64,000 bases of DNA from Minisyncoccota bacterium (lineage in GTDB: Bacteria; Patescibacteriota; Minisyncoccia; Phycocordibacterales; UBA9973): NCBI GenBank assembly GCA_041674285.1, contig JBAYVZ010000001.1:10167-74166 (forward strand), given 5' to 3'. Positions within the stretch are counted from its first letter, which is position 1, and each line of letters begins with the position of its first letter. Under the pieces are notes generated by a model that worked only from the letters and a program-made list of their open reading frames with translations, did not search any database and was not told the origin of the DNA. The position numbers were made by a program, and so were the translations under genes. Shown here one piece after another: positions 9,001 to 17,249 of the stretch.

Positions 9001-10195
9001 TTCATCACCGTCGGATGGTACATACAACAGTACTCAGTCGGTCACACTATCAGCTGCAGGTTCTGATTCTATAAGATATTCTACATCGAGTACCCCAGCT
9101 GATTGTTCTGCTGGTACTCTATACAGTGGTGCTATCTCTGTGTCCTCTAATCAGACTATTTATGCTAGAGCATGTGATACCGCAGGTAATTCTTCTACGG
9201 CATCTTTTGCTTATGTTATAGATACTAGTGCCCCAGACACTGCGGTTGCTTCACCTAGTGCTGGTACATACAACAGCACTCAATCTGTGACCCTATCATC
9301 TTCTGGGTCAGATTCTATCCGCTATTCTACATCAGGCACACCATCTAACTGTTCTGCTGGTACTCTGTATAGTGGCGCGATATCTGTAGCATCAGATGCT
9401 ACTATATATGTACGTGCTTGTGACGGAGCAGGGAATGCCTCCACGACATCTTTTGCTTATGTGATAGACACTGAAGATCCTAGTATTCCCGTAGCGAGCC
9501 CCTCTGCTGGTACTCATGAGGGTACTCAATCAGTGACACTATCTGCTACTGGATCTTCTTCTATCCGCTATTCGACAACTAGTACTCCAGCTGATTGTTC
9601 TGCTGATACTCTATATGGTGGAGCGATAACTGTTGCTTCTGATACTACTTTATATGTGCTAGCTTGTGATGAGGCAGGGAATTCATCTACTGCATCTTTT
9701 GAATACGTAATAACAATAGATGATACTCCTCCAGCCCCTGTGAATGAATCCAGGAGATATGGTAGCTCATCTTCAAGCTCTTATTCATCTGCAAGTTCAA
9801 AAATATATTCACCTGTAATCGCTACCTCAAATGCTAGTGTTTTATCTGGGGTAGTTTCTAGCACGAATAGTCCAGATAATAAATATCCAATAGCTGTATC
9901 TATTAATACAGGTACTCCTAATGTTAAAAATAATATAGTTTTTTCTATTGAAAAATTACCAAATATTATTAAGATAAACAACTCAAATCCAAATATCAGA
10001 TCACTCCAAGAATTTTTAGTCGACTCATCGTCTGGACCCAAAGCTAAAGCTCTAGAGAAGCATGGTCTTACAAAGAATTTTGGATTACTCACAAAAGCCG
10101 CCCTTACTGAATGGCAAAAGGCGAATGGCCTAAAAGCTGATGGTATATTCGGACCAAAGACAAAAGCAAAAATAATTGAAATATTAAATAAATAA
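6047..10195 (+). CDS. Giant cell-surface protein with CE4/NodB-like polysaccharide deacetylase domain, FN3 domain, four tandem CHB_HEX_C-like Ig repeats and C-terminal PG_binding_1 domain
   Basis: Signal anchor; NodB-like motifs FQMDDGSAD and NHSWSHA. Four roughly 80-aa repeats (PVASPVAGLYNATQSVTLSATGSSSIRYSTTSTPADCSAGTLYSGAISVASDTTIYVRACD...). C-terminal LQEFLVDSSSGPKAKALEKHGLTKNFGLLTKAALTEWQKANGLKADGIFGPKTKAKI resembles the PG_binding_1 domain. Confidence 0.65.
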   Translation: MKNFGHKIISLILLVVLLITSGFFVDNIKKAKASNSKTVTVTFRTTPTTATVAKAPLKYNKDFAFSFQMDDGSADNYENGFKYMYGGTSSLLEESYGGKYFTDGSGRSTALASKPFRGDFVWNSRNYSSSFVELHAALNTLTWTKLLDANTAGFDVLNHSWSHAAVTTLGDNYVYDYPAPQGATTLESGGYEYELSQNEDEVASHGVTMAPLAMVPPAGDHGYIDPAFSTGYKLVASESSSFTYSGGTVAVDTGGMNVTSSVDLDHLFAYRYFYEDSRFTPNTATAITTPIDTLASRSRGSDKYWAIGFTHRTSVVSGGLSESNYESLMDHIASTYGRDGDDSIWMAPAEEVYDYLSTKQNTTVSTNTVGNVMTITLDTSSVPALRREALSLVVSSDAEIESIAYAPGEFTATSSNINTGLINMDWGTVYTANDFTRVETLVSAAESSRAQSDIDIATTYVAMLPASVEKNNFTSRLNNIVVLGQRWLINLGINSAGKLQDTVVGSETENLWWNEINLVSNTGSNQTSPILVDTANVNTSLTVVLPQSTTTNSWVKPGAGSEGQTTVTDGDGAYPNAKMQKGLYISNATETSPVVQIHNLDPVKKYKVTIFGSTKNLNSGKTTSNIAVQGVSQGPYQHYNNTSNTLIFSSVSPTVSGVIEIVMTPVNPAWSVTPINVIDISEVTPALPTITFNSQSLRSQISGLVDYGYTITDDNSDPISLMSYQYSATGAFNGEEATATPKSSDGLHDGISSLTSSPAGVAHDFVWDAITDLLGQEGTFYLRLRPQNLSSDGSYSIATPVALDFKNPVQTSIGATTTSSTASITWTTQEIAYGLVEYGTTDSYGSSVGSLSSGTAVLSHDFDLTGLDACTTYHYRVSSRDSVGNNTVSSDQTMHTAGCPDPVASPVAGLYNATQSVTLSATGSSSIRYSTTSTPADCSAGTLYSGAISVASDTTIYVRACDISNNSTTGSFLYTIDSEAPSTPASSPSDGTYNSTQSVTLSAAGSDSIRYSTSSTPADCSAGTLYSGAISVSSNQTIYARACDTAGNSSTASFAYVIDTSAPDTAVASPSAGTYNSTQSVTLSSSGSDSIRYSTSGTPSNCSAGTLYSGAISVASDATIYVRACDGAGNASTTSFAYVIDTEDPSIPVASPSAGTHEGTQSVTLSATGSSSIRYSTTSTPADCSADTLYGGAITVASDTTLYVLACDEAGNSSTASFEYVITIDDTPPAPVNESRRYGSSSSSSYSSASSKIYSPVIATSNASVLSGVVSSTNSPDNKYPIAVSINTGTPNVKNNIVFSIEKLPNIIKINNSNPNIRSLQEFLVDSSSGPKAKALEKHGLTKNFGLLTKAALTEWQKANGLKADGIFGPKTKAKIIEILNK
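8750..9700 (+). repeat. Four tandem roughly 240-bp intragenic repeats, near-identical at nucleotide level
   Basis: Blocks such as ctgtatagtggcgcgatatctgtagcatcagat(a/g)ctactatatatgtacgtgcttgtga recur at about 8870, 9110, 9360 and 9600. Confidence 0.7.
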
Positions 10196-10242
10196 AAAAT
10201 ACTACATCGTAGTATTTTTTATTACTATGATATAATATTTGA

Positions 10243-11862
10243 ATGAAAAAATATTTGGTGTCATTGTTTTCTTTTTTATTTTTAATTTTATTTGCATCAA
10301 ATGTGTATGCTTCAATCACTCCTATTATTACTTTGAGTGATACTAGCTTGGTGGCAGGCGAGACTGCTACTGTGACTTTTACTTTCACAGAAAATCCACT
10401 TTCTTTTACTGCTGATGATGTCACTGCTTCAAAGGGCATAATTTCTGATTTTACTGTCACGGGAGATCCTCTAGTTTATATTGCGACTTTTACCCCCACT
10501 TCTGAGATAATCGATGCATCAAATGTTATAACAATTGCATCAAAAGATACTATAAAAAAGTTTACAGGTCTACCTAGTTATTCTCGCACAGACCTTGCTT
10601 TTGATGGTACGAATATGTGGGTTACTTCTTATGTTGCAGAGAATAGTGTATCAAAGGTGGCTCCGGATGGTACTGTTACTACCTATACTGGTACAGGTAG
10701 TTGGCCAAAGGGGATTGAATTTGACGGTGTTAATATGTGGACTGCAAACTATCTTAGCCACAATGTATCCAAGATAACCCCAAGTGGTACCATCACAAAT
10801 TTTTCTGTAGCCGGTAATCCAGATGGTATAGCATTTGATGGCACAAATATGTGGACTGCAAACTATACTGGACATAGTGCTTCCAAGATTGAACCTAATG
10901 GCTCTGTTACTACTTATTCAGGTCAGGCAGGTAGTTACCCGTGGGATATTGCATTTGATGGTACAAATATGTGGACTGTAAACTATTATGGTGGCACCGT
11001 GACAAAATTCACACCCGAAGGTGTGGCTACTACATATAGTGGTATAGGTGACTGGGCTACTGGAATTGCATTTGACGGTACAAATATGTGGACTGTTAGT
11101 AATTATGAAAATCAAGTAGCAAAGATTGATCCCTCTGGTAATGTCACTACTTATTCTACTGGGGGTGGACTAGGTGCTGGTGGTTACGGATTGGTATTTG
11201 CAAATGATTATATCTGGGTTGCTGATAATGTTTCTAGTAGATTAATAAAGATGAATACTAGTGGTGTGATAGAGAAGACTTATTCTCTCGGTGTTTCTCC
11301 TTATAATGTCATCTCTGTAGATTCGGAGATCTGGATGACTTATAGTAGTGGTGGTATTGCTCGACTAGGTAGTAGTACTTCTGCTAATTCAGAAAATTAT
11401 GAAATAAATACAAGAACATACACATCATCATCTAGTTCTTCTTCTACCCACTACGGATGCAAGGATGAGTCAGCTATAAACTATGAATACTTTGCCGCGA
11501 GTGACCCGTCTCTGTGTAAATATGGAGAAAACCCCATTGTCGTAGCCACCAGCTCTCCTTCGGTATCTATGAATTCAAAAGAATTAATTTTGACTGTTAC
11601 TAGCGTATTTGAAAATAATATTTCTAAAATTAAAAATATTTTAAAATTTGGTTCGAATAATTCAGAAGTTGAGATGCTCCAGCAATTTTTAATTGATAAA
11701 AACATTGGTCCTGCGTCTGCATCTTTAAAAGATCACGGTACTACTTATGAATTTGGCCCTCTGACAAAATCTGCATTAGCTGAATGGCAAAAGGCGAGTG
11801 ATTTAAAGGCTGATGGTATTCTAGGTCCTCTGACAAAAGCTAAAATGCTGGGATCTCTATAA
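10243..11862 (+). CDS. Secreted Big-like plus 7-bladed beta-propeller (Vgb-lyase/NHL-like repeat) protein with C-terminal PG_binding_1 domain
   Basis: Signal peptide; seven repeats of the form FDGTNMWTANY...SKI.P.G.VTTY. C-terminal MLQQFLIDKNIGPASASLKDHGTTYEFGPLTKSALAEWQKASDLKADGILGPLTKAKM matches the PG_binding_1 domain of the preceding gene. Confidence 0.6.
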   Translation: MKKYLVSLFSFLFLILFASNVYASITPIITLSDTSLVAGETATVTFTFTENPLSFTADDVTASKGIISDFTVTGDPLVYIATFTPTSEIIDASNVITIASKDTIKKFTGLPSYSRTDLAFDGTNMWVTSYVAENSVSKVAPDGTVTTYTGTGSWPKGIEFDGVNMWTANYLSHNVSKITPSGTITNFSVAGNPDGIAFDGTNMWTANYTGHSASKIEPNGSVTTYSGQAGSYPWDIAFDGTNMWTVNYYGGTVTKFTPEGVATTYSGIGDWATGIAFDGTNMWTVSNYENQVAKIDPSGNVTTYSTGGGLGAGGYGLVFANDYIWVADNVSSRLIKMNTSGVIEKTYSLGVSPYNVISVDSEIWMTYSSGGIARLGSSTSANSENYEINTRTYTSSSSSSSTHYGCKDESAINYEYFAASDPSLCKYGENPIVVATSSPSVSMNSKELILTVTSVFENNISKIKNILKFGSNNSEVEMLQQFLIDKNIGPASASLKDHGTTYEFGPLTKSALAEWQKASDLKADGILGPLTKAKMLGSL

Positions 11863-11911
11863 AATGAAAATATTGTTGCATTTTTAATTATTTTGTGGTA
11901 TAATATACAGT

Positions 11912-13045
11912 ATGAAAATTGCTACAAATGTTACCCGAGAATATCTGGGTGGAATTACTCGTTCAAATATTAATTTTATGGATTCAATCCATGGAAAATA
12001 TGAAAATATTGTTGCTATTGAGTTAAATTCAAAAAGATATATTCAGGGTCCTAGGGTGTTCCATCACTTTTCTCCTGACTGGTTCCATCATCATATTGTG
12101 AATATACATGATATTCAATTGTTGAAATCTGTAAATTCTTCAAAAAATATAAAAGATTTAGAAAAAAAATATAGACCTGTAATAAATATAATAAAAGACA
12201 TTCTCAAAAAGGATAGACCTGATGTGATGTTTTTAAATGGCACATATTATATTCCTTGGCTGATGTCTATTGCTGCTCATGAATTAAAAATACCTATTGT
12301 TTTGAGATATGCGGGTGTGTACTCTCGTGAGACTGCAAATTTTAAACCCAAAGCTAGAAAAATATTTTCAGAAATTGAAAAATCTTTTCAAAAAAGAGCT
12401 AGTCATTTTATTTTTCCATCTCGAATTTGTCTGGATGTTGTAGAAAAAGAAGTAGCGAAAAAGGAAATTAAAAATACTTTTGTTATTCCGAATTCTTTTA
12501 GTATTCCAGATCAGAATTTTGTTTTCAATAGTGTCGAGAGGAGGATCGCTGCTGTTGGTAGATGGGATAAAATTAAAAACTTTGAGAAGTTTTTTGAAAT
12601 ACATAAATTGCTTAATAAACAAGGATGGAAACACGAATCTTCTTTTGTGACAGGTGATGCAAAGATTAAGTCGATGCCTAAAACAATAAATAGATTTGCC
12701 TCTATGACTCATGGCGAATTGCTTGAATTCTATTCCTCTCAGGGGCTGATTATTTGTCCTTCAATTTTTGAGACATTTGGTAATGTCGCCATGGAGGCTG
12801 TGTGCATGGGGGTTCCTGTATTGGTTAGTGATACTATGGGATGTTCTGAAATATTAAAAATTGCCGGATTGGATAGTATGGTTATCTCTTTTGATGACCC
12901 ACAAAAAGTAGCCGAGAGAGTCAAGAAATTGTGTGGACAGCAAATTCTGCCAAAGCAAATAAATAATCTAAGAAAAATTCTTAGTCCAAAGACTATAAAT
13001 GCTGAAATAATGTCCGTATTAAGAGATGCGGTGGTAAAGTATTAG
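11912..13045 (+). CDS. Glycosyltransferase, GT-B fold (family 4-like)
   Basis: C-terminal GT1 motif LIICPSIFETFGNVAMEAVCMGVPVLVSDTMGCSEIL. Preceded by an extended -10 promoter tggtataat. Confidence 0.7.
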   Translation: MKIATNVTREYLGGITRSNINFMDSIHGKYENIVAIELNSKRYIQGPRVFHHFSPDWFHHHIVNIHDIQLLKSVNSSKNIKDLEKKYRPVINIIKDILKKDRPDVMFLNGTYYIPWLMSIAAHELKIPIVLRYAGVYSRETANFKPKARKIFSEIEKSFQKRASHFIFPSRICLDVVEKEVAKKEIKNTFVIPNSFSIPDQNFVFNSVERRIAAVGRWDKIKNFEKFFEIHKLLNKQGWKHESSFVTGDAKIKSMPKTINRFASMTHGELLEFYSSQGLIICPSIFETFGNVAMEAVCMGVPVLVSDTMGCSEILKIAGLDSMVISFDDPQKVAERVKKLCGQQILPKQINNLRKILSPKTINAEIMSVLRDAVVKY

Positions 13046-13129
13046 TTCGTTTTACTAAATAAACCACACGAGATTGTCTCGTGTGGTTTATTATTTTGAA
13101 AATACCCTTATTTCTGATATATTATTGGG

Positions 13130-14239
13130 ATGTCACTATCCATAGGAATCGTAGGCCTACCAAACGTAGGAAAATCAACATTATTCAACGCTCTGACTAA
13201 AAAGAGTGTACCCGCAGAAAATTATCCATTCTGTACTATCGACCCATCTGTGGGTGTAGTTCCTGTGCCTGATGATCGTCTATATAAACTTGCAGATTTT
13301 TCAAAGACCAATCGTACGATTCCAGCAGTCGTAGAATTCGTAGATATCGCAGGTCTAGTAGAAGGTGCGAGTAAAGGTGAAGGGTTGGGTAATAAATTCC
13401 TAGCCAATATCCGCGAGACCGATGCCATACTACATATGGTGCGCCTGTTCCCATTATCTGGTGGGGACAAAGAGATAGCTCATGTCTATGGCAATGTAGA
13501 TCCAATGCGAGATATAGCAGTGATCAATCTCGAGCTGATCCTCGCTGATTTCGAGACTGTGACCAAGAGACTCAGTAATTTGCAAAAAGATGTAAAGAAA
13601 GGAGACAAAGAGGCTGTAATGGAAGATGATGTTCTTCGCCGTGTTGAAAAAGTATTAGAGGCGGGAAAACTCGCAAATAGCTTAGACTATACAGAAGAAG
13701 AATTTAAGAAAATCAAAAGTCTAAATCTACTGACTAGCAAGCCGATGATCTATGGATTAAATAAAAAAGCCGGAGTCAAAAATTTGGACGAAGAGAAACC
13801 TGAATATTTTAAAGAGATGACGGACGAGATTGTATCCGGTGGATCGCAGTGGATATTGATCGATGCCAAGATTGAAGATGAACTCAAGGATTTTGAAGGT
13901 GAGGAAAAAGAGACTTTTCGTCGTGAGCTCGGAGGTGAACATGATGGTATAAATGATCTGATTGGTGGATGCTACAAGCTATTAGGTTTGGATACATATT
14001 TTACGACAGGGGTAGAGGAGACTCGTGCATGGACTATCAAGACTGGTAGCACTGCACCAGTAGCGGGTATGGCCATACATACAGATTTCAAAGACAAATT
14101 CATCCGTGCTGAGGTAGTATTCTGGCGTGATTTACTAGACGCTGGCTCTATGGGTGAGGCTCGTGCAAAGGGTAAAGTCCGCACAGAAGGCAAGGAATAT
14201 ATAGTAAAAGATGGAGATGTAATGGAGTTTAAGGTATAG
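13130..14239 (+). CDS. ychF: Ribosome-binding ATPase YchF (Obg-family GTPase)
   Basis: IGIVGLPNVGKSTLFNALT P-loop, FCTIDP, VEFVDIAGLV, TGS-like C-terminus; length typical. Confidence 0.9.
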   Translation: MSLSIGIVGLPNVGKSTLFNALTKKSVPAENYPFCTIDPSVGVVPVPDDRLYKLADFSKTNRTIPAVVEFVDIAGLVEGASKGEGLGNKFLANIRETDAILHMVRLFPLSGGDKEIAHVYGNVDPMRDIAVINLELILADFETVTKRLSNLQKDVKKGDKEAVMEDDVLRRVEKVLEAGKLANSLDYTEEEFKKIKSLNLLTSKPMIYGLNKKAGVKNLDEEKPEYFKEMTDEIVSGGSQWILIDAKIEDELKDFEGEEKETFRRELGGEHDGINDLIGGCYKLLGLDTYFTTGVEETRAWTIKTGSTAPVAGMAIHTDFKDKFIRAEVVFWRDLLDAGSMGEARAKGKVRTEGKEYIVKDGDVMEFKV

Positions 14240-14358
14240 CTTATTTAAGAGATAATATATAGTATTACCACTTCTTGCCCCGTAGCAAATTTTATGCATT
14301 TGATAAAATTTTGCATTGGGGTAGTAAAAGATGGAGATGTAATGGAGTTCAAGGTATA
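14201..14358 (+). repeat. Direct duplication of the last 39 bp of ychF, bracketing an 80-bp hairpin-containing insert
   Basis: (a/g)tagtaaaagatggagatgtaatggagtt(t/c)aaggtatag at 14201-14239 and 14320-14358. Insert 14240-14319 contains attaccacttcttgccccgtagc and the stem cccc/gcaaatttt...aaaattttgc/gggg. Confidence 0.75.
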
Positions 14359-14825
14359 GTATTGCATTAATTTTTATTTTTGGTATATTAAAAAGATGAG
14401 ACAAAGTTTCAAAAACACAAACGTCATTTATATTAACCTGCTGAAATACCAGTTAGAGGGTTAATTTTTGTGTTTTTTTAAACTACTATAAAAGAACAAA
14501 AAAATGAGCTCTCTAACGATAGCTCATTTTTTTGTTCTTTTATTTTTGTACCTTTAAAATTTATCACAATGGAAACAAATCCATCCACACAAGAAGGAGA
14601 GACAACTCCTGTAGAAAAAAATGAAGTTGAATCTTCACAAAGAAAAGGCCCTTACGACTTAGGGAATTTGACTGTCGAAGAGAGCAACGATCTTCCTAAG
14701 ATTAAAAAGAATATGGAAGAACAAAAAAGAGGTTTTAACCATGATGGTGGTTGTTACTAATTTTTTGAAATTTAGAGATAAGACCCAGTATATATATGCT
14801 GGGTCTTTTATGTTATATTTAAAAT

Positions 14826-15161
14826 ATGCAAGATTTATTAAACCAAAAATGTGTGCCGTGCGAGGGCGGGGTAGATCCTATTAGCAGGTTTGATGCTGAG
14901 CTTATGCTCTCATACCACGTAAAAGACTGGGTGTTGAGCGAAGACTCAAAGAGTATATCCAAGAAATTTGAATTTAAAGATTTTAAACAAGCATTAGATT
15001 TTGTAAATAAAGTAGGGGACATAGCCGAGGGCGATGGACATCATCCAGATATCCATCTGACAGATTATAAATTCGTCACTATAAATCTCTCTACTCATGC
15101 TATAGGTGGTCTATCTCAGAATGATTTTATTGTCGCTGCAAAGGTTAATAACATAAAATAG
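14826..15161 (+). CDS. Pterin-4a-carbinolamine dehydratase (PCD/DCoH)
   Basis: Size about 110 aa and the signature EGDGHHPDI. Confidence 0.75.
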   Translation: MQDLLNQKCVPCEGGVDPISRFDAELMLSYHVKDWVLSEDSKSISKKFEFKDFKQALDFVNKVGDIAEGDGHHPDIHLTDYKFVTINLSTHAIGGLSQNDFIVAAKVNNIK

Positions 15162-15360
15162 CTTCCATAAAAGCTACAAGTAATATGAATGAATGAGTAA
15201 CAAAATAGTTCTTGAGAAAAGTCTTGCGCAGGAGATTAGAAAATAAATGAGTTTACGAATATTATTTTCTTGATCGACGAGCAGAGCAAATTCTCACTAG
15301 AGAATTATGTGTGCTTTTCGAGAGAAGCTATTTGTGAATCATTTAGTCATTAAGAATAAT

Positions 15361-15957
15361 ATGAACAAAGATTGGAAAAAAGTTGAAAAGGTTTTGATGG
15401 ATGGAGGAGTTGCTGTGATTCCTACTGATACTATTTACGGTATCGTGGCGCGAGCTTTCGATAAGAGGGCAGTAGAGCGTGTATATTCTGTGCGTGGGCG
15501 TGATGAGAAAAAGCCATGCATAATATTGATATCTGATTTCGACGATTTAAATAAACTAGGTATAAAGGTAAATGTTTTATGCGATGGCATAAAAGCTTTA
15601 CCTTTTTTAAGGAATAACTGGCCGGGTCAGGTGAGTGTGATACTACCTTGCAATTTAAAGAAATTTGAATATTTACATCGTGGTACAAATACACTAGCCG
15701 TGAGAATGATTGGAAGCAGGAATCAGCATCTTTTGAATCTAATTAAAAAAGTGGGGCCAATCATTGCCCCGTCTGCAAATCCCCAAGGTTTGCCACCGGC
15801 TCGCAATAGAAAGGAATCTCGAAAATATTTTGGTAATAGAGTAGATGCCTATGTATGCTATGGTACGAGAGAGGGTAGGCCCTCGACTCTCGTGGATCTA
15901 TCAAAATGTAAAATAGAAATTTTAAGACAAGGTAAAACAAAAATAAAACACCCGTAG
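15361..15957 (+). CDS. tsaC: L-threonylcarbamoyladenylate synthase TsaC/YrdC family (alternative upstream start at 15307)
   Basis: GGVAVIPTDTIYGIVARAFDKRAVERVYSVRGRDEKKPCIILI matches the YrdC/Sua5 core. The 15361 ATG gives a typical N-terminal spacing to the VIPTDT motif. Confidence 0.7.
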   Translation: MNKDWKKVEKVLMDGGVAVIPTDTIYGIVARAFDKRAVERVYSVRGRDEKKPCIILISDFDDLNKLGIKVNVLCDGIKALPFLRNNWPGQVSVILPCNLKKFEYLHRGTNTLAVRMIGSRNQHLLNLIKKVGPIIAPSANPQGLPPARNRKESRKYFGNRVDAYVCYGTREGRPSTLVDLSKCKIEILRQGKTKIKHP

Positions 15958-15962
15958 GTGTT

Positions 15963-16697
15963 TTATTTTTTCTTTTTATTCACTAGTTCTGCGTGTTGCT
16001 TTTTTAGGTCAGCAATCTCGGTAATTAAAAGTCCGAGAGTCTTTTCTATTTGGGTCAACATCTTGTCGTCATTTGTTTCTTCTTCTGTTTGTTCTTCCAT
16101 ATCTTCTGACATCTCATCCATATCTTTTTCAATTTCTCCGACATCTTCTTGGATTTCTTCGACGTCTTCTTGAATTTCATCTACATCTTTCTGGATTTCA
16201 TCCACATCTTTTTCAATTTCTCCGACATCCTCCTGAATCTCCTCAACATCCTCTTGAATCTCTTCAACATTTTCTTGAATTTCCTCGATATCTCGAGACA
16301 CTGCATGGAGCTTGCGAGCTTGTCTATTCACGCTCATCTGGATAAAGATAGAAAGATATATGGCCTCGAGGGATACTATGGTTGTGACTACTAGGAGTAT
16401 ATTGCTTAGGTCAAAACCTATAAAATAAAGCATAAAAGACATCATGAATAGTGCAGTGTGAACTAGAATAGAATTTGTAGAACCTATAGAATGAGTTGCT
16501 TTGATAGCAAAACGTTCAATTATATCAGCTTGTCGCTTTTTTAGTTCTCTTAGCATATGGTTTATTACGACGAGTGAGGAGCATGTGAACATGTACTCAT
16601 GTTCACAATGTCCGAGTCGAAGTCTTATTAAAGGGTTAATACATTCTTTATTATAAACCATATTTTTGCTATAATCTAGTGTATTATGGATAATCAA
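15963..16697 (-). CDS. Membrane protein (DUF1003/COG4420-like core) with C-terminal acidic heptad-repeat coiled coil
   Basis: Two TM helices followed by IFIQMSVNRQARK (SxNRQ motif), then about 9 tandem EEIQEDV/GEIEKDV heptads. Confidence 0.45.
   Translation of the reverse strand: MIIHNTLDYSKNMVYNKECINPLIRLRLGHCEHEYMFTCSSLVVINHMLRELKKRQADIIERFAIKATHSIGSTNSILVHTALFMMSFMLYFIGFDLSNILLVVTTIVSLEAIYLSIFIQMSVNRQARKLHAVSRDIEEIQENVEEIQEDVEEIQEDVGEIEKDVDEIQKDVDEIQEDVEEIQEDVGEIEKDMDEMSEDMEEQTEEETNDDKMLTQIEKTLGLLITEIADLKKQHAELVNKKKK
16080..16300. repeat. 21-bp tandem repeat array (about 9-10 units) encoding the EEIQEDV heptads
   Basis: Units such as ttcttggatttcttcgacgtc recur in tandem. Confidence 0.75.
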
Positions 16698-17243
16698 AAT
16701 AATCTACAACAAAGTAAGGATTCAAAGCCACACTCTTTTATCAAATTAGCTGTTATTGTCGCTATAGTCATCGTATCTAATTTGTTTTTTAACTACGCTG
16801 TATCTCTCATCTTCAATGAGCCTGTAAATGAAGCATACAAGACTGCTCCTCAAGTCGTAGAGCCAATTCTCACAAAAGAAAAGTGTCTATCTGTGGGTGG
16901 TCAGTGGACAGAGAGTGTCTATCCAAATGAAAAGGGTAGGACAGAGATTACTGGGTCTTGCTATGCAGAATATTCTAAACAAAAAGTCTACGATGCTGCG
17001 ATGAAGATTTTTAATCGTAATGTATTTATCACTCTCGTTGTCATAGGTGTACTCATGCTGGTGCTGGGTTCATTTATCGGGGTATCACTATTGTCTATTG
17101 CTTTTGCTTGGAGTGGGATACTTTCACTTATTATCGCATCTATGCGTTATTGGTCCGATGCTGACACCTGGGCAAAATTAATCATACTCGGACTTGCCTT
17201 GTGCCTACTGATTTGGATTACAATAAAAAGATTTAATAAATAG
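16686..17243 (+). CDS. Hypothetical membrane protein (N-terminal TM plus C-terminal 3-TM region)
   Basis: ORF with clear hydrophobic segments, divergent from the upstream gene; no recognisable family. Confidence 0.4.
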   Translation: MDNQNNLQQSKDSKPHSFIKLAVIVAIVIVSNLFFNYAVSLIFNEPVNEAYKTAPQVVEPILTKEKCLSVGGQWTESVYPNEKGRTEITGSCYAEYSKQKVYDAAMKIFNRNVFITLVVIGVLMLVLGSFIGVSLLSIAFAWSGILSLIIASMRYWSDADTWAKLIILGLALCLLIWITIKRFNK

Positions 17244-17249
17244 AAAAAA

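Noticed and set aside
10595-11115. Short ORFs on both strands with SPHICTVKCN-like repeats inside the propeller gene
   Set aside because: Artefacts of the 7-fold nucleotide repeat of the propeller blades read in other frames.
14569-14760. 63-aa acidic ORF downstream of ychF
   Set aside because: No motifs, no promoter or terminator context of its own beyond a bidirectional hairpin upstream; left uncalled (could be a real small protein).
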